Shown: positions 39,701 through 50,200 of the stretch, piece by piece | Numbering within the stretch: position 1 is the stretch's first letter | Layout of the letters: every line of letters begins with the position of its first letter | Assembly: GCA_052327205.1 (NCBI GenBank) | Contig: CM126206.1 | Coordinates: 37,448,001-37,512,000, forward strand | DNA length: 64,000 nucleotides | From: Somniosus microcephalus | Lineage: Eukaryota | Reading direction: 5' to 3' | Program-made: the position numbers and the translations under genes | Notes under the pieces: generated by a model | What the model saw: the letters and a program-made list of their open reading frames with translations, nothing else | Databases searched by the model: none | What the model was told of the DNA's origin: nothing

Positions 39701-40453
39701 TGGGTGGAACAGTGGCAAATGGAATTTAACCCGGAAAAGTGCGAGGTGATGCACTTTGGGGGGACTAACAAGGCAAGGGAATACACAATGAATGGTAAGA
39801 CCCTAGGCAAGACGGAGGTGCAGAGGGATCTGGGTGTGCAAGTACACAGATCCCTGAAGGCGGCGGAACAGGTGGATAAGGTGGTAAAAAAGGCATATGG
39901 GATACTTGCCTTCATTAGCCGAGGCATAGAATATAAGAGCAAGGAGGTTATGATGGAGCTGTATAAAACACTGGTTAGGCCACAGCTGGAATACTGTGTG
40001 CAGTTCTGGTCGCCACACTACAGGAAGGATGTGATCGCTTTGGAGAGGGTGCAGAGGAGATTCACCAGGATGTTACCAGGGCTGGAGCGCTTCAGCTATG
40101 AAGAAAGGCTGGGCAGATTGGGTTTGTTTTCCTTGGAGCAGAGGAGGCAGGGGGGGGACATGATTGAAGTGTACAAAATTATGAGGGGCATAGATAGGAT
40201 GGATACTGAGGAGCTTTTTCCCTTAGTAGAAGGGTCAATAACTAGGGGGCATAGATTCAAGGTAAAGGGCGGGAGGTTTAGAGGGGATTTGAGAAAGAAC
40301 CTTTTCACCCAGAGGGTGGTTGGAGTCTGGAACTCACTGCCTGAAAGGGTTGTGGAGGCAGGAACCCTCACAACTTTGAAGAAGCATTTGGATGAGCACT
40401 TGAAATGCCATAACATACAAGGCTACGGACCAAATGCTGGAATATGGGATTAG
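36785..40453 (+). CDS. Fused CR1 ORF1 esterase-ORF2 endonuclease/RT, 1222 aa uninterrupted
   Basis: GDS/GTND/DGLHL, NARS/TETW/GDFN/SDHN and PQGSVLGP/FADD in one frame. The fusion results from a 9-G run at 37517-37525. Confidence 0.85.
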   Translation: MYTVHELFTPQGRAAQGVTIRRSNRGRQEVQGTPADIPLSNRYTKLDTVEGDDSPGEGSSSQLPGTRDASAAQEGRKKSGRAIVVGDSIVRGTDRCFCGCKRDSRMVCCLPGARVMDVTEQLQGILKGEGEQAEVVVHIGTNDIGRKGDEVLHQEFRELGNRLKGRTSKVVISGLLPVPRASEYRNRRIVQKNAWLKSWCRREGFSFLDHWACFWERWDLYKSDGLHLNQSGTNILAGRFASTVGGGFKLTWQGDGIQRGAEIGGDVLPIIEKKTSQLGRQGKYIRARLDGIYFNARSLANKVDELKVLINTWEYDIVAITETWLREGQDWQLNIPGYRIFRRDRGGGKRGGGVAILIKESITAVRRDDILAGSSNEAIWVELKNKKGASTLLGVYYRPPNSQGEIEEQICRQISEKRANNRVIIMGDFNFPNINWDSQSVKGSEGVEFLKCIQESFLSQRVESPTREGAVLDLILGNVAGQVEKVLVGEHFGDSDHNMVRFKVVMEKDRDGPEIKVLNWGKANFNRIRQDLAKMDWDQLLVGKSASEQWETFRREIEIIQWQHVPVKVKGGSKNHREPWMSGDIREWIRKKRRAFGRYKRLKTEEALEEYKKCRGIIKKEIRRSRRGHEITLASKIKENPKMFYKYIKGKRITREKIGPIRDKSGNLCVEPEDVGGVLNEFFASVFTMEEDDVDIEIEWGDCDMLEHINIEREEVLAVLAGLKMDKSPGPDEMYPRLLCEAKEEIAGALTHIFRTSLATGDVPEDWRTANVVTLFKKGSREKPGNYRPVSLTSVVGQLLEKILRDKISLHLERQGLIRDSQHGFVKGRSCLTNLIEFFEGVTRCADEGNAVDVVYMDFSKAFDKVPHRRLVKKVRAHGIQGALAHWIQNWLSGRRQRVMVEGCFCDWKPVASGVPQGSVLGPLLFVVYINDLDMNVKGMISKFADDTKIGRVVNSEEGSLSPQDDIDGLVRWVEQWQMEFNPEKCEVMHFGGTNKAREYTMNGKTLGKTEVQRDLGVQVHRSLKAAEQVDKVVKKAYGILAFISRGIEYKSKEVMMELYKTLVRPQLEYCVQFWSPHYRKDVIALERVQRRFTRMLPGLERFSYEERLGRLGLFSLEQRRQGGDMIEVYKIMRGIDRMDTEELFPLVEGSITRGHRFKVKGGRFRGDLRKNLFTQRVVGVWNSLPERVVEAGTLTTLKKHLDEHLKCHNIQGYGPNAGIWD

Positions 40454-40542
40454 ATTAGACAGGGCTTGATGGCCGGCACGGACACGATGGGCCGAAGGGC
40501 CTCTATCTGTGCTGTTTAACTCTATGACTCTATGACTCTATG
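36796..40542 (+). mobile_element. CR1 LINE (5'-truncated) inserted between env and the 3' LTR
   Basis: Esterase-EN-RT coding sequence, (GACTCTAT)n tail at 40520-40545, possible TSD actgt. Confidence 0.95.
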
Positions 40543-40681
40543 ACTGTGGGTTTTTTGAAATGGGAAATGCATGTGTCATAGGGTCATAGATAGGTAAATA
40601 CAGGGGATGATTTGATTATGGAGAGTCAGAAAATTTTGCTCACCCAGAATTATGATACTTCAAGCAAGTTATAGTATCATC

Positions 40682-40690
40682 AGGGGGGAC
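40682..40690 (+). promoter_or_regulatory. Polypurine tract of the provirus
   Basis: aggggggac immediately before the TG of the 3' LTR. Confidence 0.7.
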
Positions 40691-41929
40691 TGTAGGATTC
40701 GCAAAATTGAACATTGTCCTATCAGGGTCTATTGACAGAAAAGGCCTTAATTTGTAAAGACTGTTTTAAAAGAAGCCCAGAAAAAGGGGCACACAAAATG
40801 GTCGCCAGAACCCGTGACCAGCTTTTTGGGACATTTTAAAATGGTTCCTGCAGTCCACAGACAGCTTTTGTGGATTCAGCCCACAGTAAGTTCTGGAATG
40901 CAATTTTGGAGAATGCGAAACCAGACAGAACCTCATACATATGAATTGGATGCAGATCCAATCAGATCGGCCTGTAGATAAAGGCCATCAAAATGTTTAC
41001 CCAGACAAAGGGAAACAGCCTCAAGTTCAAAGGGGGACATCAAGACCCATTAAAGACAATACAAGGTCATTCCAGACCAGAGATGGCAGTTACCGGCCAT
41101 CCCGAAAGTACTTTAAACACAATGACCAATCCTATGTGCTACAAGCCCGCCAAAATTTAAACAAAGACTAACCTTGATATGGCGGGAGATAAGGGCCTCC
41201 ATGAGAAGTATAACTGGAGACCTGGGGTAGCCATTAGATGTTCAAGTTCGGCGAGAGAGCAGTGCGGAAGAGCAAGAAGAGCATTGTAGAGATCATTTTG
41301 GAGAGATCGTTCGGGGGTCCGAAGAAGGTGCAGTTTGGTTAGGAGTTCGGGTTCGGTAGAGAGGCCGTTCAGACTCGGAAGAAGAAGACGATTTGGTAGA
41401 CGTTTGGGATCGGAGACGTTTTGAAGACTCAAACTGGGACTGGTGAACATGTTTCTGGCCCCTCATAATCTAATTTAGCTAGGTTTAGGGGTGGGCATTT
41501 TAGGGGATAATTAACAATGAGTTGTTGCCCCTCGATGTTCCATGTGTTTACCTATTTCATGGCGAACCTTGTAAAGTATAATATGCCTGTGGATACATTG
41601 GTTAGTGTTATGTTCATTAATAACTAGTCGTTTTTATTAAGAACAGCTAGCTTTTGCTAGACACTTTATTGAGCACATGTGGACTAGATACAGTATCTGT
41701 AGAGGCCTCCATCTTGACTGCTGCCTTGTCGGTAGCCTAGTGCATCGTGGGTAGCCCACTCTTATATACATACAGCACCACCTAGTGTACCATTCCAGAA
41801 TGACAGGTTACTGATCATTACATCCCCCTTTCTTTGAGGTTAAACAAAATCAGTATCAATCAATATCAATCAATAACAACATAAACATCTTCAACAGTCA
41901 ATACATTTTCAATGTAGTTTTCTTTGTAC

Positions 41930-44900
41930 TCAAAGATTAAGTCTATCAGGCTTTTTTACTTCACGTGTGGATCCTCTCAGCACAGGTAAGTCTGATGTGT
42001 TTTCTTGAGAGCCTGTATGTGTATTTGTGTTAGATTGTTCTGGTGGTGAGTGACAAGATTCAGTTGCGGCATTGTCATCGATTTGCTCTTCGATAGTCTC
42101 TTGTGTTTTTAGGAGGGAACGGCGGTTTCTCCTGAGAATCTGTCCTTCCTCAGTTCTAACAGTGTATGACCTTGGTCCTACTTCCTCAAGAACTGTAGCT
42201 TTCCTGTTCCATGCATCTGGATCCTCAATCCTGACAACATCATCCCTCGTCAATGGTTTCAGAGTTTTGGATGACTTGTCATAGTATGATTTCTGTTTCA
42301 GCTTTAACAGTTGAAGTCTCTGTCTCAGTTCCTTACTCTGCTTTTCTTTTGCACAGCAGGGTAGCGTGGTACAGAACTTGCGACCCATTAGGAGTTCAGC
42401 AGGTGAAGAACCACAGTCTAAAGGTGAGGCTCGGTAGCTCAGCAGGGCGAGATAAGGATCAGACTTGCTTTCTGTCGCTTTCTGCAGTAGCTGCTTGAGA
42501 ACTTGAACACCTTTCTCTGCCTTACCATTCGACTGAGCATACAAAGGACTGGATGTGATATGTTGAAAGTCATAATGTGCTGCAAACTGTTGCCACTCCT
42601 TACAGTTGAAGCACGGACCATTGTCACTAACGGCAATCCTGGGAATTCCATGTCTGACGAAGATGGATTTCACATGCATTATGACACTGCTTGCTGTGGT
42701 GCTTGAGAGCAGCGCCATCTCAGGATAGTTAGAATAGTAGTCAATCACTATTAGATAGTCTTTACCATTTAAATGAAAAAGGTCCATACCAACCTTTTGC
42801 CATGGTGCTGTTGGTATGTCAGCTACTATCATTGGTTCCTTTCCTTGTTTGTTTTGGTGTTTCTGACATGTCTCACATTTGCCTATCATGTTCTCAATGT
42901 CCTTATTTATGCCAGGCCAATAAACAGTGTCTCTTGCTCTCCTTTTGCATTTTTCAATTCCGAGGTGTCCCTCATGAATCCTTTTGAGCATGTCTTGACG
43001 TAGAGCCTGTGGAATGACTATTCTGTTCTGTTTCAGTAATAGTCCACTTGCGACACTCAATTCTGACCTTATGTCAAAATATTTTGGACAGGAACCTTTT
43101 GGCCAACCATGATGAATGTTCTCTATTACTGTTTGTAATACTGTATCTTTTACTGTTTCTTCTGCTATTTGCATTGATTTTGTGTCTGACACGGGCAGCG
43201 CAGCAGTGACCATACTCACATGAACATCCACGTCTTCTTCAGTAGAGCTCACATGACTCATTGTGGGTGCTCGGGATAGTGCATCTGCTAACACTATGTA
43301 TTTGCCTGGTGTGTAGATCAGTTCAAAGTCATATCTTTGCAGCTTCATCATGAGTCGTTGAATCCTTGGAGACATCTCATTCAGGTTCTTTTTTATGATG
43401 GCAACCAATGGGCTGTGGTCTGTCTCAACTGTGAAGGTGGGAAGTCCATATATGTAGCCATGAAACTTTTCTAGTCCAACTACCAAGCCTAGACATTCCT
43501 TTTCAATCTGGGCGTATCGACACTCAGTATCAGTCATAGACCTGGAGGCATAGGCAACAGGCTTCCAATCTTCACCCTCTGCTTGTAGCAAGACCGCACC
43601 CAGGCGATCTTTTGATGCATCCGTTGACACTTTGATTCTTTTTGTTGGGTCAAAGAAGGTGAGTACAGGTTTGGTTGTCAGCACTGTTTTGAGGTTTATC
43701 CACTCTTGTTCATGTCTTTCTGTCCATGCGAACTCATTTGTTTTATGTAGCAGGTCTCGCAGACAGGCTGTCTTGGCTGACAAGTTAGGAATGAACTTTC
43801 CAATGAAGTTTATCATCCCCATGATGCGTAGCACTCCTTTTTTGTCAGTGGGTCGGGGCATTTTGAGTATGGCATTTACTTTTTCCATATCTGGCTCTAT
43901 TCCTTTACCAGATAGATTATCTCCTAGGAAAGTGACTTCCTGGATGCCAAACTGACACTTGGCTTTGTTGAGCTTCAGTCCATTCCGGCATATGCTGTGT
44001 AGCACTTTAGTCAGTCTCTCATTGTGTTCTTTCAGTGTGGAGCCCCAGATGATGATGTCATCAACATAGACCTGAACTCCTTCCAGACCTTCAATTATGT
44101 GTTCCATCACTCTATGAAAGATTTCAGATGCAGATATTATCCCGAAAGGCATTCTGAAGAAACAATACCTGCCAAATGGTGTGTTGAAGGTACAGTATTT
44201 GGTGCTCTCTTCAGCCAGTTTTAGTTGCCAAAATCCTTGTGAGGCATCGAGCTTTGTGAAGTATCTGGCACCTGACATTTCACTGGTGATTTCTTCTCGC
44301 TTGGGAATCTGGTAGTGTTCACGTTTTATGTTTGCATTTAAGTCCTTTGGATCCATGCATATTCTTAGATCATTGTTCTTTTTCTTTACATATACCATGG
44401 AGTTAACCCAGTCTGTTGGCTCTTCGACTTTCCTGATGACTCCTAGAGTGGTCATTCTGTCCAGTTCATTCTTGAGTTGTTTACACAGGGGTGCTGGAAC
44501 TCTTCGTGGAGCATGTACCACTGGCTGAGCATCCTCCTTTAGCTGGATCTTGTTAGTGAATGGTAGAACTCCAAATCCTTTGAACACATCCTGGAAATTA
44601 TTCACTACAGAATCCACCGAGTCATCTGGTCTGCTTATGGCACAGTTTATACGGTAGACTCTCTTGACCAGTTCTAAGTCCTCACAAGCTTTGTCACCCA
44701 GTAGTGAATCAAGTCCTTCAGCCACAACAGAAAACATGAGATGATGCACTTTGTCTTTGACTGTCACTTTAAGTCTGCATACACCTAAGCTATCTATTTT
44801 CTGTCCATTATAGTCCTTCAGTAGTACTGACTTTTTCTGTATTTTGGACTTTTCTTTCATATTTTTAATGTCACTCATACTGATTAAATTTGCTTTTGCC

Positions 44901-45229
44901 CCAGTGTCTAGTTTCAATGTAACTAATGCTCCATTTACCTGCAGTGGGATCATCCATTTGTCCTCTTTTACTGCATTGACTTTATGTTCAGCATTGTTAA
45001 TTCCTGAGGGCTGCACATTTTCTGTATCCTTTTTGATATTGTCACATGACACCATTCCTACAAAACATGTCTCACTTAAATCAGTGTCCTCAATTACATT
45101 AACTCGTTGCCCTTTCGTAGTTTTTCTTTTGAAAAGCATTGTTTGGCAAAGTGATTCTTTCCATGACATTTTGTGCACATTTTTCCAAACGCTGGACATT
45201 GTTTCAACTGGTGTTTGTAGCCACAGCAT
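41930..45229 (-). CDS. pol: Gypsy pol: PR-RT-RNaseH-IN, 1099 aa open
   Basis: LDTGA, YVDD, TDAS..EKE..TDH, HEGH..CETC, DLF..SDNG..AEKGV. Confidence 0.95.
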   Translation of the reverse strand: MLWLQTPVETMSSVWKNVHKMSWKESLCQTMLFKRKTTKGQRVNVIEDTDLSETCFVGMVSCDNIKKDTENVQPSGINNAEHKVNAVKEDKWMIPLQVNGALVTLKLDTGAKANLISMSDIKNMKEKSKIQKKSVLLKDYNGQKIDSLGVCRLKVTVKDKVHHLMFSVVAEGLDSLLGDKACEDLELVKRVYRINCAISRPDDSVDSVVNNFQDVFKGFGVLPFTNKIQLKEDAQPVVHAPRRVPAPLCKQLKNELDRMTTLGVIRKVEEPTDWVNSMVYVKKKNNDLRICMDPKDLNANIKREHYQIPKREEITSEMSGARYFTKLDASQGFWQLKLAEESTKYCTFNTPFGRYCFFRMPFGIISASEIFHRVMEHIIEGLEGVQVYVDDIIIWGSTLKEHNERLTKVLHSICRNGLKLNKAKCQFGIQEVTFLGDNLSGKGIEPDMEKVNAILKMPRPTDKKGVLRIMGMINFIGKFIPNLSAKTACLRDLLHKTNEFAWTERHEQEWINLKTVLTTKPVLTFFDPTKRIKVSTDASKDRLGAVLLQAEGEDWKPVAYASRSMTDTECRYAQIEKECLGLVVGLEKFHGYIYGLPTFTVETDHSPLVAIIKKNLNEMSPRIQRLMMKLQRYDFELIYTPGKYIVLADALSRAPTMSHVSSTEEDVDVHVSMVTAALPVSDTKSMQIAEETVKDTVLQTVIENIHHGWPKGSCPKYFDIRSELSVASGLLLKQNRIVIPQALRQDMLKRIHEGHLGIEKCKRRARDTVYWPGINKDIENMIGKCETCQKHQNKQGKEPMIVADIPTAPWQKVGMDLFHLNGKDYLIVIDYYSNYPEMALLSSTTASSVIMHVKSIFVRHGIPRIAVSDNGPCFNCKEWQQFAAHYDFQHITSSPLYAQSNGKAEKGVQVLKQLLQKATESKSDPYLALLSYRASPLDCGSSPAELLMGRKFCTTLPCCAKEKQSKELRQRLQLLKLKQKSYYDKSSKTLKPLTRDDVVRIEDPDAWNRKATVLEEVGPRSYTVRTEEGQILRRNRRSLLKTQETIEEQIDDNAATESCHSPPEQSNTNTHTGSQENTSDLPVLRGSTREVKKPDRLNL

Positions 45230-45897
45230 TTACAATTAAAAATTCCTTCCTCCGATTGCTTTTCACTTCTGTTCTGCCCATGTTTCTTCCCCTTGTAGGA
45301 CACAGCACCGACAGCAGCACTTACTGCAATTGCATCATCATTGATTTCACTGAAAGTCTTGGCATCCTTTTGAGCTAGCTCGCTAGCTTGGCATATTTTC
45401 ACATCAATTTCCAATGTTAGTTCAGTTTCTCTCAACAGACGTTCCCTGGCTTTTTTATCATGAATACCAAACACAATCTGGGCACGAATTATGGATGCTT
45501 TCAGCTCAGAGAAATTACATATCTGTGCTTTCAGTTTCAGATCCGTCAAAAAGCTATCAAAAGTCTCATTTTGCTGCTGTGTCTGAGAGCGGAAGATGTA
45601 CCTCTCATAGGTTTCATTCTTTTTGGGAGAACAATGTGTATCAAACTTCTTTAGCACATCGTCTAATTTTTCTCTGTTCTCCTCTGGATTAAATACAAAT
45701 GTATTAAATACATCTATCGCCTGTGGGCCTGCAACCATGAGCAGCAACACTATTTTCCTTGCATCTGGCTTCATACCGTACCCGATGGCAGCAATGTAGA
45801 GTTTGAATTGTTGTTTAAAAGTCTGCCAATTGTAGCCGACATTTCCTGTGAGTTTCAAATGCTCTGGTGGCTTCAAATTCTCCATGTCACGTTGCAC
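45094..45897 (-). CDS. gag: Gypsy gag with double Cys/His knuckle; pol lies in the -1 frame
   Basis: MENLKPPEHL..NWQTFKQQF, QQQNETFDSF, CKCCGYKH...CPAFGKMCTKCHGKNHFAKQC. Confidence 0.9.
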   Translation of the reverse strand: MQRDMENLKPPEHLKLTGNVGYNWQTFKQQFKLYIAAIGYGMKPDARKIVLLLMVAGPQAIDVFNTFVFNPEENREKLDDVLKKFDTHCSPKKNETYERYIFRSQTQQQNETFDSFLTDLKLKAQICNFSELKASIIRAQIVFGIHDKKARERLLRETELTLEIDVKICQASELAQKDAKTFSEINDDAIAVSAAVGAVSYKGKKHGQNRSEKQSEEGIFNCKCCGYKHQLKQCPAFGKMCTKCHGKNHFAKQCFSKEKLRKGNELM

Positions 45898-47280
45898 AAT
45901 ATTCAGCAGATCTTACCAATCCTGGTACCATGTTATGTTCATTAATAACTAGTCATTTTTATTAAGAACAGCTAGCTTTTGCTAGACACTTTATTGAGCA
46001 CATGTGGACTAGGTACAGTATCTGTAGAGGCCTCCATCTTGACTGATGCCTTGTGGGTAGCCTAGTGCCTCGTGGGTAGCCCACTCTTATATACATACAG
46101 CACCACCTAGTGTACCATTCCAGAAAGACAGGTTACTGATCATTACTGTTAGTACTGTATTATGATTTGTTTTTCCCTCCCATGTACCGTATTGGCTTAC
46201 ATTAGTTTTTCCTTTATGCAATAAAATTTCACTTCGTTTCATTAAACTTGGTCTACAGAGTATTCTCTGCATTGTAGTTCCTGCCTCAAAGTCCAGTGTA
46301 CAGAACCTAAGTGGTGAGTGGGTCGAACCACTCGGTAAATTACTGTGCAAAAGAGAGAGAGGTCTCACCAGAGAGAGAGACCTGGCAAAAAAAAACCCTT
46401 ACACAGTGCATCCTGTGGGCAGTACATACTGCAGCGACGGTGCGCCGGTGATGGAGGGAGTGGACATTTAAGGTTTCAGAGAGGAACGTGAGTCAGTGCT
46501 TTCAGGACAAGAAGAGAAAAAAATTGGAGGGGGAAAGGAAAAGAACATTTAAAAGATGAGTATATATCCTGTGGTATTTCTCAGTGTGTATGGGGTGTGA
46601 CTTGGAGGGGAAGTTGGAGGTGATGGTGTTCTCATCTGTCTGCCTTTTGAGCAGTATCTGTCAGACCTTAAGTATCAAACATGCAAAATATCAACTTGAG
46701 AGGTATTGCTACGGTGGGGTGTGTGGGGGTGGATTGTGATGCACATTACTTGGAAATGAGTTTGTGAGAGTTGTGTTCAAGCAATAGAGAAATTTTGAAT
46801 AGCTTTTCGAAAATTTGAGTCACAGTATTTTTTTTGTGAGCAGTCTTTGCATGTGTGACAAGCACATGCTGAACATATGACTTTCACATATATAACTCTC
46901 CCATAGGGTTGCTTGTGGATTAAACAATGAGTACATGAGTAAGTCTTCCTCACCCAATGCAGGTAGATAAATGAAGAATTAAATCGATTCCACTCACATA
47001 GCACAGTCACATCATCAATAAATAAATCTGTGCATGTTAGTTTCCATTCCATCAATAAACAGCTCTTCTCCCCTGGCCGAACACATCTCTCACAAACTCA
47101 TTGAATGTTGCATCATTTTTACTGTCAAAGTTACCTCAGATAAAGTTTTGATGCTCTCATGTAAAGCAATTGATAGCTACTGTCACAGTTCCAATAATGG
47201 CTTTGTGGCTTTCAGTTCGGTCTGTTCTCAATGCTACTCTATCACTAGATAAGAAAGGGGGCAAGACTTACAAACAGCAA

Positions 47281-50200
47281 GAAACATAGAAACATGGAAA
47301 ATTAGGAGCAGGAGTAGGCCATTCGGCCCTTCGAGCCTGCTCCGCCATTCAATATGATCATGGCTGATCCTCTGTCTCAATATCATATTCCCGCTCCCTC
47401 CCCATACCCCTTGATGCCTTTTGTGTCTAGAAATCTATCTATCTCCTTCTTAAATATATTCAGTGTCTTGGCCTCCATAGCCTTCTGTGGTAGAGAATTC
47501 CACAGGTTCACCACCCTCTGAGTGAAGAAATTTCTCCTCATCTCAGTCCTAAATGTCCTACCCCGTATCCTGAGACAGTGACCCCTCGTTCTAGACCCCC
47601 CAGCCAGGGGAAACATCCTCCCTGCATCCAGTCTGTCTAGCCCTGTCAGAATTTTATACGTTTCAATGAGATCCCCTCTCATTCTTCTAAACTCTAGTGA
47701 ATACAGGCCTAGTCAACCCAACCTACATAAGAACATAAGAACATAAGAAATAGGAGCAGGAGTAGGCCAATCGGCCCCTCGAGCCTGCTCTGCCATTCAA
47801 TCAGATCATGGCTGATCTGATCCTAACCGCCAATCCACTATCCCAGAACCATCTCCTGAATCTAACAGAATTAGACACACGAAATGGGAGCAGGATCAGG
47901 CTACACGGCCCCTGGGCCCACTCTGCTACCCACAGGGCCATGACCGATCCGAACCTAGACTCATGTCCAAATTCCTGCCCGCTCCCCGTAACCTTTAATT
48001 CCCTTTACTTCTAGGAAACTGTCTATTTCTGTTTTAAAGTTATGTAATGATGTAGCTTCTACAGCTTTTTGGGGCAGCATATTCCATGGACCTACCACCC
48101 TCTGAGTGAAGTAGTTCCTCCTCATCTCAGTTTTGAAAGAGCAGCCCCTTATTCTAAGACTATGCCCCCTAGTTCTAGTTTCACCCATCATCGGGAACAT
48201 CTTCCCCGCTTCCACCCGATCCAACCCCTTCACAATCTTATATGTTTCAATAAGATCGTCTCTCATTCTTCTGAACTCCAATGAGTAGAGTCCCAATCTA
48301 CTCAACCTCTCCTCATATGTCCATCCCCTCATCCCCGGGATTAACCGAGTGAACCTTCTTTGTACTGACTCGAGAGCAAGTATGTCCTTTCTTAAGTATG
48401 GACACCAAAACTGTACGCAGTATTCCAGGTGCGGTCTCACCAATACCTTGTACAACTGAAGCAATACCTCCCTATTTTTATATTCTATCCCCCTAGCAAT
48501 GAAAGCCAACATTCCATTGGCCTTCTTAATCACTTGCTGCACCTGCATACTAACCTTTTGAGTTTCGTGCACCAGGACCCCCAGATCCCTTTGTACTTCA
48601 GTACTTTCCAGTTTCTTGCCATTAAGATAATAACTTGCTCTACGATTTTTCCTGCCAAAGTGCATAACCTCACACTTTCCAGTATTGTATTCCATCTGCC
48701 AAATCTCTGCCCACTTACTTAGCCTGTCTATGTCCCCTTGCAGGTTTTTTATGTCCTCCTCACTCACTACTTTCCCTCCCATCTTAGTATCATCTGCAAA
48801 CTTTGATATGTTACACTCGGTCCCCTCCTCCAAATCGTTAATATAGATTGTAAAGAGTTGGGGACCCAGCACTGACCCCTGCGGAACACCACTAGTTACT
48901 GATTGCCAGTCTGAGAATGAACCATTTATCCCAACTCTCTGCCTTCTGTTAGATAGCCAATCCTCTATCCATGCCAGAATATTACCCCCAATCCTGTGAT
49001 TTTTTATCTTAAGCAATAATCTTTTGTGTGGCACCTTGTCAAATGCCTTTTGGAAGTCTAAATACACTACGTCCACTGGTTCCCTTTTATCCACCCTATA
49101 TGTTACTTCCTCAAAGAACTCCAGCAAATTTGTCAAACATGACTTCCCCTTCATAAAACCATGCTGACTTTGTCCTATTAAATTATGATTATCCAAATGT
49201 CCTGTTACTGTCTCCTTAATAATGGACTCCAAAATTTTATCTACCACAGATGTTAGGCTAACCGGTCTATAGTTTCCAGCCTTCTGTCTACTGCCCTTTT
49301 TAAATAAGAGTGTTACATTTGCAGTTTTCCAGTCGGCCGGGACCTTTGCCGAGTCCAGGGAGTTTTGGAAAATTATTACCAATGCATCCACAATCCCTAC
49401 CGCCACTTCCCTCAAGACCCTAGGATGTAAGCCATCAGGTCCAGGTGATTTATCCGCCTTGAGTCCCATTATTTTACCGAGTACCACTTCCTTAGTGATT
49501 TTGATCATGTTTAGCTCCTCCCCCCTTTAGCCCCCTGTTTGTCCAGTGTTGGGATATTCTTAGTGTCTTCTACTGTAAAGACTGATGTAAAATATTAATT
49601 CAGTGTTTTGCCATCTCCATATTTCCCACCATTAATTTCCCGGTCTCATCCTCTAAGGGACCAACATTTACTTTAGCCACCCTTTTTCTTTTTATATAAC
49701 TATAAAAACTCTTACTATCTGTTTTTATATTTTTTGCTAATTTACTTTCATAATCTATCTTCCCTTTCTTAATCAATCTTTTTGTTATTTTTTGCTGTCT
49801 ATTAAAGTTTTCCCAATCCTCTATCCTCCCACTAGATTTGGCTACCCTATATGCCCTTGTTTTTAGTCGAATACTATCCTTAATTTCTTTACTTAGCCAC
49901 GGATGGCTGTCTTTTCTTTTACACCCTTTTCTTCTCAGTGGAATATATTTTTTTTGGAAGTTGTAAAATAACTCCTTAAATGTACACCACTGATCATGTA
50001 TCGTCTTACCCTTTAATCTATTTTCCCAATCCACTCTACTCAATTCCGCTCTCATACCTTCATAGTCTCCTTTATTCAAGCTTAGCACGCTTGTTTGAGA
50101 TCCAACCTTCTCACCCTCTAATTGAATATGGAATTCAACCATGTTATGGTCACTCATTCCAAGGGGATCCTTTACTAGGACATTTTTAATTAATCCTGTC

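Larger units (their letters stand above)
41606..46147 (-). mobile_element. Full-length Ty3/Gypsy LTR retrotransposon (Mag-clade-like)
   Basis: 217-bp LTRs (41606-41822, 45931-46147), 5-bp TSD GTTAG, PBS TGGTACCAGGA (tRNA-Leu(UAA)-like, 45920-45930), PPT aaagaaaggggga (41823-41835). Confidence 0.96.
29649..46403 (+). mobile_element. Endogenous retrovirus-like provirus (LTR-gag-pro-deleted pol-env-LTR), lokiretrovirus-like, with nested CR1 and Gypsy
   Basis: Paired LTRs TGTAGG...CTTACA, TSD CAGT (29645-48 and 46404-07), PBS, PPT, and gag/PR/RT/IN/env remnants in retroviral order. Confidence 0.93.
40691..46403 (+). repeat. 3' LTR, split by the Gypsy insertion (40691-41605 and 46148-46403)
   Basis: Colinear with the 5' LTR on both sides of the insertion; a few percent divergent by eye. 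Confidence 0.95.
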
